Of a DNA stretch of 64,000 bases, positions 53,124 through 61,100 are shown piece after piece; the first letter of the stretch is position 1, and each line of letters begins with the position of its first letter. Source of the DNA: Clostridia bacterium (GTDB taxonomy: Bacteria; Bacillota; Clostridia; Oscillospirales; Acutalibacteraceae); NCBI GenBank assembly GCA_017544665.1, contig JAFYDS010000035.1, positions 1,478 to 65,477 on the forward strand, read 5' to 3'. Under the pieces are notes generated by a model. That model saw only the letters and a list, made by a program, of their open reading frames with translations, did not search any database and was not told the DNA's origin. Position numbers and translations under genes: made by a program.

Positions 53124-54679
53124 TGCGTATTCCTCCTGTTCGTTTCTGCAATCGCTTTTTCGATCGGTTTCAGCCGCGGCGGCAGTTTGCTGTAAACGGC
53201 TTCATAATAGTCGCGATAGACGCTGTGCGCCTCCTGGCTGGGGGCGAAGGTGTCTTTTTGCTGTACCATGTGGGCGATCGCATCGTCATAATCCGCGAAG
53301 ACGCCTTCTGCGACAAAGGCGACCATCGCCGCGCCGATCGCGCTCGCCTCGTGGGTCTGGATCCGGCTGACCGGCAGACCGAACACGTCGGCGGCAATCT
53401 GACAGACGACGTCGCTGCGCGCGCCGCCGCCGCCCGCGTACAGCGCGAGCACGGTCTGCTTCGACCGCTTCTCCATCGTGGAAAGCCCGTGATAGAGTTC
53501 CAGACAGATGCCCTCGATGATGGCGCGGTAGAGGTGGTGACGCGTGTGGTAATCGGCAAAGCCGACGATCGCGCCGCGGGCGTTCGGGTTCGTGATGCCC
53601 GGCGTCCAGAACGGCTGCAGCAGCAGGCCGCCGCTGCCCGGTTCAATGGCTTTGATTTGTTCGTCGAGGTACTGCTCGGTCGAGATGCCGCGCTTTTCGG
53701 CTTCACGCCTGTCGGCGGCGCCGAACTGCTCGATGAACCACGAGATCATCCAGAAGCCGCGGAAGACCTCGAACTCGGGATTGTACAGATCGTTCGGCAC
53801 GGCGGGGTAGGCGGGCATGAACGGCTGCGGCTCAAAGTAGTCCTTTACCGCCATCTGCAGCGTGGCGGTCGTTCCGAAGGAGACCGCGGCGCGGTCGGGA
53901 TGCACGACGGAAAGCCCCAGCGTTTCGCAGCCCTTGTCGGACCCGGCGGCGATCAGCGGCAGCCCGGCGGGAATCCCGGTTGCGGCGCTCGCTTCCTGGG
54001 TGATCGGACCGATTGTCTCGCCCGAGGGCACAAGGTCGCAAAGCTTTTCCTGCGGCACGTCGCACACGCAGCGCGAGAGCTCCTTGTCGCCCATCCAGCG
54101 GCGGTTTTTGTAGTCGAACGGCACATGACCGATCATGTTCGCCACGGAATCGACCAGCACGCCCGTCAGCTTATAGTGGAGATAGGCGGGGAGCATCACA
54201 TACTTCGCGGTCTGTGCCCAAAGCTCCGGCTCGTTTTGCATCAGCCAGTTGGCGGCGGTCGCGCGGTAGAGGATCCTCACCGATTCGCCCATCCCGACAA
54301 GGGAGAACAGCGCCGATTTAAACGGCGGGATCTTGCCCTTGTCGTCCGCCTGCCGTTCGTCGAGCCAGAGAATGATGTCGCGCAGCGGGCGGTTCTCAGC
54401 GTCGAGACACAACACCGTGTCGCGGATACAGGTCAGCGATACCGCGATGACGCGGTCAATCTTGTCCTTGTTGCGCGCCAGCAGCTGTTTCGACAGCGCC
54501 GCGATCGCGTCGAAGTAGAAGTCGGGCGACTGCTCCGCCCAGCCGGGCTGCTTCGAAAAATAGGGCGTTTCATATTTCTTTTGGATCAGATCCTCGAAAC
54601 CGCCGGTTTCGTTGACCAGCAGACACCGCGCACTCTGCGTGCCGATGTCAAAGGTCAGAACAAGGGGATGCTCCATCAT
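53120..54679 (-). CDS. FGGY-family carbohydrate kinase (not a canonical GlpK by eye)
   Basis: 'LTFDIGTQSARCLL' N-terminal actin-fold motif and 'GGGARS' C-terminal motif. AAAGGAGA RBS. Confidence 0.85.
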   Translation of the reverse strand: MMEHPLVLTFDIGTQSARCLLVNETGGFEDLIQKKYETPYFSKQPGWAEQSPDFYFDAIAALSKQLLARNKDKIDRVIAVSLTCIRDTVLCLDAENRPLRDIILWLDERQADDKGKIPPFKSALFSLVGMGESVRILYRATAANWLMQNEPELWAQTAKYVMLPAYLHYKLTGVLVDSVANMIGHVPFDYKNRRWMGDKELSRCVCDVPQEKLCDLVPSGETIGPITQEASAATGIPAGLPLIAAGSDKGCETLGLSVVHPDRAAVSFGTTATLQMAVKDYFEPQPFMPAYPAVPNDLYNPEFEVFRGFWMISWFIEQFGAADRREAEKRGISTEQYLDEQIKAIEPGSGGLLLQPFWTPGITNPNARGAIVGFADYHTRHHLYRAIIEGICLELYHGLSTMEKRSKQTVLALYAGGGGARSDVVCQIAADVFGLPVSRIQTHEASAIGAAMVAFVAEGVFADYDDAIAHMVQQKDTFAPSQEAHSVYRDYYEAVYSKLPPRLKPIEKAIAETNRRNTQ

Positions 54680-55056
54680 GACGTTCTCCTTTCGCTTTCC
54701 GTTTCTTTTAAGATATTGCTCGTCGCGATGACGTCCGCCTCGAGACCGAGCACGTTTTCCAATACGATATCGCCGCGGCCGAGCCGTGTGTTGACCGTTG
54801 TGCGGTTGATCTCCGCCATCACGTCGAAGATGCGGTCCTTCGGAATCTCTTTTGAGACCCGGACGGGCAGCACCGGCACGTCGGGAAAGGCGGTGCGCAC
54901 CGTGGTGCAGATCGTACGGCGCGGGTCGCGTATTTCGCTTTCAGCGAAGGCGGCGCCGCGTTTACAACCGTTGCCGGTGATCTGCAAGCTGCCGTTCTCT
55001 TCGGTGATCTGCATCCGGCAGCCGCGCGGGCAGACGATACAAACCAGTTCTTTCAT
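54676..55056 (-). CDS. DUF1667 domain protein
   Basis: 'CIVCPRGCRMQITEENGSLQITGNGCKRG' Cys pattern; 126 aa. Overlaps both neighbours. Confidence 0.85.
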   Translation of the reverse strand: MKELVCIVCPRGCRMQITEENGSLQITGNGCKRGAAFAESEIRDPRRTICTTVRTAFPDVPVLPVRVSKEIPKDRIFDVMAEINRTTVNTRLGRGDIVLENVLGLEADVIATSNILKETESERRTS

Positions 55057-56327
55057 GTTTGCGCCTCCTGTTCCTGCCGCTTGAGGGAGAAGCGGACCAC
55101 GCTGTTTTCGGCAAGGCCCCAGTTGCGCGGCTGCAGCGTCAGCTGCTCCATCTCCGGCGGGCGTAAAAATGCGTAGCGCTTCGTGAAGACGGGGGTATCG
55201 TCCACTGTAATTTCGAGCGTACAGCCGTTTTCCTCGCTGCGGGAGCGGAAATAGACCGTGAGGTCGCCGTCGAGGTCGCCGAGGTCGAGCTTCTGCGGCA
55301 CCAGATAGAGCAGGTCGTCCGACGGCTGCAGATCGATCAGCCGCCGTTCATGCGGCTGATACAGCGCGGCGGCTTTGCCCGCCTGCTCGGCGTTTGCCGA
55401 GACATAGTCCACAAGGTCGTTGACGTGCAGCGCGTTGCCGCAGCAGAAGACGCCGTCAACGCTCGTCATGCACCGTTCGTCGCAGACAGGACCTTTCGTG
55501 CGCGGATCGAGCCGGACGCCGAGAGACTCCGCCAGTTCGTTTTCGGGGATCAGCCCGACCGAGAGAATCAGCGCGTCGCAGTCAAGGCGGCGCTGTGTAC
55601 CGGGAATCGGCGTCATGCGGTCGTCCACCTCGGCGATCTCCACGCCCTCGAGCCGGTCCGCGCCGAAGACGCGCGTCACGGTATGCGATAAATACAGGGG
55701 AATGTTATAGTCATACAGGCACTGATGCAGGTTGCGCGTCAGGCCGGAGGGCGTCGGCTTCGCTTCATAGACGCCGAGCACTTCTGCGCCCTCGAGGGTC
55801 AGGCGTCGCGCCATGATCAGCCCGATATCGCCCGAGCCGAGGATCACGCAGCGCTTCGCCGGCTGCAGCCCGAGCAGATTGGTGAAATGCTGCGCCGTGC
55901 CGGCGGTGAACACGCCGGCGGGGCGGGTGCCGTGGATAAACACCTGCTTTGCCGTCCGTTCGCGGCAGCCTGTGGCGAGGACGAGCGCCTTTGCCGTTTC
56001 GACCGTGACGCCGCCGCGACTGACCGTGTGAACGCGAAAGCCGTCGCCGGTGTTGTCGATTTTGGTGACGAAGGTCAGCGTTTTGACGTCGATTGCTCTT
56101 TGCCGCAGCTCGTCGATGAACCGTTCGGCATATTCGGGACCACTGAGCTTTTCGCCGAAGCGCAGCAGACCGAAGCCGTCGTGGATGCACTGTTTGAGAA
56201 TGCCGCCCAGTCTTGCTTCGCGCTCAATTAAGAGGACGTTCGCGCCGTTGTCGCTGGCGCTGATCGCCGCCGCGAGCCCTGCGGGGCCGCCGCCGATCAC
56301 GATCACATCATGGAAGGATGCATTCAT
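55053..56327 (-). CDS. NAD(P)/FAD-dependent pyridine nucleotide-disulfide-type oxidoreductase
   Basis: 'VIVIGGGPAGLAAA' and 'CVILGSGDIGLIMA' dinucleotide folds. Confidence 0.85.
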   Translation of the reverse strand: MNASFHDVIVIGGGPAGLAAAISASDNGANVLLIEREARLGGILKQCIHDGFGLLRFGEKLSGPEYAERFIDELRQRAIDVKTLTFVTKIDNTGDGFRVHTVSRGGVTVETAKALVLATGCRERTAKQVFIHGTRPAGVFTAGTAQHFTNLLGLQPAKRCVILGSGDIGLIMARRLTLEGAEVLGVYEAKPTPSGLTRNLHQCLYDYNIPLYLSHTVTRVFGADRLEGVEIAEVDDRMTPIPGTQRRLDCDALILSVGLIPENELAESLGVRLDPRTKGPVCDERCMTSVDGVFCCGNALHVNDLVDYVSANAEQAGKAAALYQPHERRLIDLQPSDDLLYLVPQKLDLGDLDGDLTVYFRSRSEENGCTLEITVDDTPVFTKRYAFLRPPEMEQLTLQPRNWGLAENSVVRFSLKRQEQEAQT

Positions 56328-58054
56328 GGCGCGTCACCTCCTTCGCCGTCTTTCGTCTGACCGTAGGTGATTACAGATGCGTTCGACGATTTGCGGACGT
56401 CGGACAGCGCCGTGCCGCAAAACTCCGCGATGATCTTCGTCACAAGCGGCGAACAGAAGCCGCCCTGACAGCGCCCCATCCCGGGACGCACACGCTTTTT
56501 GATTCCGTCGATCGTCGGCACGCAGATCGGGGACCGCAGCGCGTCGAGGATCTCGCCCTTGCTGATCTCTTCGCAGCGGCAGACGATCTCGCCGTAGTCA
56601 GGGTTCTCGCGGATCAGCGCGTCGCGGCTTTCGTCGTCCATCTCGCGCAGGACAGGCACGCCCTTGCGGACGGGATTGAAGTCCGGGTTTTCTGCGACGG
56701 TCTGCGTCTTTTGCAGCAGTTCGACCGCCATCTTCGCCACGTCGATCGCGACGGCGGGCGCGGTCGTCAGTCCCGGCGACTGGATCCCGGCGCAGTGGAT
56801 CAGATTCTCGGTCCGGCGTCCCGGTTCGATCACATAGTCCTCTTCGAACGTCGGAGCGCGCACGCCGGTAAAATAGGTAATAATGTCGCGCTCCGAGAGC
56901 GGCGGCAGCGTGATCTTTTGCTTATCGAACACCGTGCGGATGCTTTCCGGCCGCGTTTCGGTGTTTTCTTTTTCGTTTGTCTCGACAGCGTCCGGTCCGG
57001 CGAGGAGATTGCCATGCGCCGTGCGCATGACGCCGCCGCCCTTGGAGTGGTTCTTGCCGTGGAGATGCAGATCCTTGACCGAGGCGATTGAATGCATATA
57101 GGCGCCGGTCTTTTTGTCGAGGATCGAGTTGGTACCGCGGCGCGGGTGGATCGAATAAAAGCGGTCGTGCGCCATCTTCGCGATCTCTTCGGCGAACACG
57201 CCGGCGGCGTTGATGACGAGCTTCGGGTGCAGCGTTCCGCGGTTGGTCCGGACGGCGGTGATACGCCCGTCCTCGACCGTCATATCCAGTACGGCGGTGT
57301 TCAGCGCGACTCTGGCGCCGTTCGTAACGGCGTTTTCCGCGAACGCGATCGTCAGCCCGTAGGGGCAGACGACGCCCGCGCTGGGGTTATAGATTACGAA
57401 CTTTGTGTCTTTTGTCATCTGCGGTTCGCGCCGCAGCAGTTCTTTGCCCGACAACAGGACGGTGTCCTCGATTCCGTCGTGGTGCTTGCGCCAGAAGGCG
57501 TACAGCGCGATCAACGGGAACAGCGCCCACGATTGGAACAGGACATACTGCCCGATGCGGGAAAACGGGACGTCCAGCTGCCGGCAGACGTCTTCGTACA
57601 TCCGGTTCGCCCGGCGGATATATTTGTGCTTGAGCGAGCCCTTGCCGAGGTCGATCCCGGGGTGGACTTCGCCGTCGTTGCGGCCCGACGCCTGCAGCGC
57701 CAGATCGGCTTCCTTTTCCACGAGCAGCACGTCGAGCTTCCACTTCGTCAGTTCCCGCGCGATCGAGGCGCCGGAAATGCCTCCGCCGATCACGAGTACG
57801 TCGGGGGCGTCGCCCTCGAGCGAAAGATCGCTGTCTTCCGGCAATCGCATCGGACGGTCGGGGGCGCCGGTATAGACAATATCGTTCAGCACATGGCGGG
57901 TGCTGTTCTTTTCCGCCGCGCACTGACAGGCGGCGATCACGTCCGCCCAGTCGGCGAGTTCGCCTTTCAGCACGACGCAGCCGTTTTCTTCCGCCGCTAA
58001 GACACGGCCGCCGAACTGCTTTTCTAAACGCCGGTTCAATGTCGAAAGTTTCAT
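56324..58054 (-). CDS. FAD-dependent oxidoreductase, glycerol-3-phosphate-dehydrogenase/LhgO-like, with BFD-like [2Fe-2S] domain
   Basis: 'VLVIGGGISGASIAREL' and C-terminal 'CRCEEISKGEI...GMGRCQGGFC'. Start at MKLSTL with GGAGG RBS. Confidence 0.85.
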   Translation of the reverse strand: MKLSTLNRRLEKQFGGRVLAAEENGCVVLKGELADWADVIAACQCAAEKNSTRHVLNDIVYTGAPDRPMRLPEDSDLSLEGDAPDVLVIGGGISGASIARELTKWKLDVLLVEKEADLALQASGRNDGEVHPGIDLGKGSLKHKYIRRANRMYEDVCRQLDVPFSRIGQYVLFQSWALFPLIALYAFWRKHHDGIEDTVLLSGKELLRREPQMTKDTKFVIYNPSAGVVCPYGLTIAFAENAVTNGARVALNTAVLDMTVEDGRITAVRTNRGTLHPKLVINAAGVFAEEIAKMAHDRFYSIHPRRGTNSILDKKTGAYMHSIASVKDLHLHGKNHSKGGGVMRTAHGNLLAGPDAVETNEKENTETRPESIRTVFDKQKITLPPLSERDIITYFTGVRAPTFEEDYVIEPGRRTENLIHCAGIQSPGLTTAPAVAIDVAKMAVELLQKTQTVAENPDFNPVRKGVPVLREMDDESRDALIRENPDYGEIVCRCEEISKGEILDALRSPICVPTIDGIKKRVRPGMGRCQGGFCSPLVTKIIAEFCGTALSDVRKSSNASVITYGQTKDGEGGDAP

Positions 58055-58139
58055 GCTTCGCCTCCGATCCTGTTTTCTCACGTCTATCATACACCGCGCG
58101 CGCCGGTTTGTCAATCAGCGCCGCAGTAAGACTTTTTTA

Positions 58140-58169
58140 TTGACAGCACGGCGCGTTTTATATTATAAT
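58140..58169 (+). promoter_or_regulatory. Sigma70-type promoter of the GH51 gene
   Basis: TTGACA-18 nt-TATAAT. Confidence 0.55.
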
Positions 58170-58199
58170 TGAAGCAGAAAACCAACGGGAGGGAATACC

Positions 58200-60929
58200 A
58201 TGAAATACACGATTCTCGCAAAGCTGCGCCAGTGGTTCGCCGCGATCGCCGCGCTGCTTGCCGCGCTCTGCGCCGGCAAGACGCCGCCCGCGCCGGAGCC
58301 GGTGCGCCCCGCCGCCAACACGGTGAGCGCCTACAGCGCCGAAAGCGCGGACTACCGGCTGGATATCGACGCGGACGCTGCGGAAGGGGAGATCAGCGAT
58401 TTGCTGTTCGGGATTTTCTTTGAGGACATCAACTTCGCTGCAGACGGCGGTCTCTACGCGGAAAAGGTCGTCAACCGCTCGTTCGAGTTTACGACGTTCG
58501 CCCGCGGCGACCAGCTGTACGGCTGGAGCGCGGTCGGCGGCGCAGATGTTCGCGTCGAAACCGAAAAGCCGGCAGAGGCGCTGAACGAAAACAACCCGAA
58601 TTTTGCTGTTGTGACGAACAGCGGCGACACGCCCGCGGGCCTTGCGAACCGCGGCTTTCTGGACGGGCTGAGCATTGACAAAGACGCGGCATATAAGCTG
58701 TCGTTCTACGCGAAAAGCGCGGACTACACCGGTCCCGTCACCGCACAGCTCTGTGTCGGCGAAACGGTCGCCGCCGAAGGCACAGTCGATGCGATCGGCG
58801 CGGAGTGGACGAAGTACACGCTGACCCTTACAGCGACCGAAACGGCGCACGAAAACGTGACGCTGCGCCTGCTTTGCGGCAAGGGCACGGTCTGTTTCGA
58901 TATGATCTCGTTATTCCCGGCCGATACCTTCAAGGGGCGCGAAAACGGGATGCGCAAGGACCTCGGCGAAATACTCGAGGCGATGCATCCGCGCTTTCTG
59001 CGGTTCCCGGGCGGCTGCGTGATCGAGGGCTACGATAAGGCGACTGCCTACAGCTGGAAAGATTCGATCGGCGTCGGCAGCGACGGTCTGCCGCTCGATT
59101 TCAACGGGACCTACGGCGATGTGGCGGCGCGCAGGCAGGGAATCAACATCTGGACGGACGTCGCCGCGACGGACGATCCGTGGCCGAGCTTTATGAGCTA
59201 CGGGCTCGGGTTCTATGAATACTTCCAGCTTGCTGAAGACCTCGGCGCTGCGCCGGTGCCGGTGCTCAACTGCGGTCTGTTCTGCCAGATGCGCGGCAGG
59301 GGACCCGTCGCGATGGACGACCCCGCCTTCGCGCAGTATGTGCAGGATATGCTCGACCTTGTGGAGTTTGCCCGCGGCGACGCGGATTCGACCTGGGGCA
59401 AGGTGCGCGCGGCGCTCGGACACCCGGAGCCGTTCGACCTCCCGTTTATCGCGATCGGCAACGAAAACGAGGGCAGCGACTACTATGAGCGCTTTACCGC
59501 GTTCCGCAAGGCGTTCGACGACGCAAAGGCGGAGAACCCTGCACTGTATGACGGCATCGAACTGATCTATTCCGCGGGCGCGTCCGACGCGACCCACGGC
59601 GCAAACTATATCAAGTCCTATGAATACGCCGAACAGTGGCTGAACGCCAACCCGGGCAAAACGGCGCTCGACTTTGCCGGCGCGACAGACCAGCACTACT
59701 ATAACGACCCGGAGTGGTTCCTGCAGAATGCGGATTACTATGACCGCGGTGTTTACGGCAGGACCGACGACGCCATCACCGCCACGCGCTACGGCGGCGC
59801 GATCCCGGTCTTTTTGGGCGAATATGCCGCGCGGTCGAACCGCCTGCGCGCCGCGCTTGCCGAAGCCGCGTATATGACCGGTCTCGAGCGCAACGGCGAC
59901 ATCGTCCGGATGGCGGCGTACGCGCCCCTCTTCGGCAACCTCACCGCGACGCACTGGTCGCCGAACCTGATCTGGTACAACAACCACCAGGTCACCGGCT
60001 CCATCAACTACTATGTCCAGAAGCTGTTCATGCTGAACCAGGGCACGACGCTGCTGCACGCCACGCTCGACGGCGCTGCGGTCCCGCAGGCGGACATCGT
60101 CGGCAAGATCGGCGTCGGCACGTGGTACACGTCGGCGGCGTTCGACAACGTCAAAATCACCGATAACAAGACCGGACGCGTCCTCGACCGCGACCGCTTC
60201 ACCGTGCCGGGCTATTTCGTCAACTGGAAGACCCCGACCGACGGCAAATGGCGCACGAAGAACGGCAGACTGGTACAGCTCGAAACGTCGATGAACTACT
60301 CCAACACCGGTTCGGTCGCCTACTTCGGCGACGAGACCTGGTCGAACTACACCTATGAGCTCGACGCGGAAAAGCTGGACGGCGAAGAGGGTTTCATGAT
60401 CTCCTTCGGCGTCAAGGACACCGACAACAACATCATTTGGAACATCGGCGGCTGGCAGAACACGGTTTCCTGTCTGCAGATCATTGAAAACGGCGAGAAG
60501 ACCGGGCAGATCCCCGGTACGGTGAAACCCTTCACCGCCGAGGAGGGGAAGACCTATCACCTGAAGATCGTCGTGGACGGCAGACGTATCCAATGCTATA
60601 TCGACGATGCGCTGTATGTCGATTTCAAGACCGGCTCCGACAGCGAAGCCGAAGCCTATCAGGTCGTTTCGACCGACGAGAGCGGCGACGTGATCGTCAA
60701 GCTCGTCAACGTCACCGACAGCGACCGCACCTTCGCCATTCAGCTCGACCAGGCGGTCGCCGCCACAGCGCGGGTGTCGCAGCTCAAGGGCGACAGCCTC
60801 GACAACGACAATATCCTCGGTCAGCCGGAAGACTGCAAGATCGAGGACTTCACACTTGACGGCGTCTCCGATCAGTTCAACTACACCGTTCCGCAGTATT
60901 CCGTGACGGTGCTGCGGCTGTCGAGATAA
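58200..60929 (+). CDS. Alpha-L-arabinofuranosidase (GH51) with N-terminal CBM-like and C-terminal lectin/LamG-like extensions
   Basis: Signal/anchor sequence. 'LRFPGGCVIEGY', 'IAIGNENEG', 'VFLGEYAA', 'MAAYAPLF'. 909 aa. Confidence 0.85.
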   Translation: MKYTILAKLRQWFAAIAALLAALCAGKTPPAPEPVRPAANTVSAYSAESADYRLDIDADAAEGEISDLLFGIFFEDINFAADGGLYAEKVVNRSFEFTTFARGDQLYGWSAVGGADVRVETEKPAEALNENNPNFAVVTNSGDTPAGLANRGFLDGLSIDKDAAYKLSFYAKSADYTGPVTAQLCVGETVAAEGTVDAIGAEWTKYTLTLTATETAHENVTLRLLCGKGTVCFDMISLFPADTFKGRENGMRKDLGEILEAMHPRFLRFPGGCVIEGYDKATAYSWKDSIGVGSDGLPLDFNGTYGDVAARRQGINIWTDVAATDDPWPSFMSYGLGFYEYFQLAEDLGAAPVPVLNCGLFCQMRGRGPVAMDDPAFAQYVQDMLDLVEFARGDADSTWGKVRAALGHPEPFDLPFIAIGNENEGSDYYERFTAFRKAFDDAKAENPALYDGIELIYSAGASDATHGANYIKSYEYAEQWLNANPGKTALDFAGATDQHYYNDPEWFLQNADYYDRGVYGRTDDAITATRYGGAIPVFLGEYAARSNRLRAALAEAAYMTGLERNGDIVRMAAYAPLFGNLTATHWSPNLIWYNNHQVTGSINYYVQKLFMLNQGTTLLHATLDGAAVPQADIVGKIGVGTWYTSAAFDNVKITDNKTGRVLDRDRFTVPGYFVNWKTPTDGKWRTKNGRLVQLETSMNYSNTGSVAYFGDETWSNYTYELDAEKLDGEEGFMISFGVKDTDNNIIWNIGGWQNTVSCLQIIENGEKTGQIPGTVKPFTAEEGKTYHLKIVVDGRRIQCYIDDALYVDFKTGSDSEAEAYQVVSTDESGDVIVKLVNVTDSDRTFAIQLDQAVAATARVSQLKGDSLDNDNILGQPEDCKIEDFTLDGVSDQFNYTVPQYSVTVLRLSR

Positions 60930-61100
60930 CAGAAAGATGCATGAAAAACACCGCCTGCGGATTTTGTCGCGGGCGATGTTTTTTGTGCAAGGTGATCGAT
61001 TATTTTCCATGCCAGTCTTGCTTTTTGGGAAAAATATCAGTATAATGAAGATGAACCGCAGATTCCAACAAGGATCGTGATCCAAGGGAGGTCTATCTTT

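Noticed and set aside
53123-55084. 653-aa plus-strand ORF
   Set aside because: Antisense to the FGGY kinase and DUF1667 genes, which have RBSs, motifs and overlapping operon structure.
58911-61085. 724-aa minus-strand ORF
   Set aside because: Antisense to the GH51 arabinofuranosidase. Same shadow-ORF composition.
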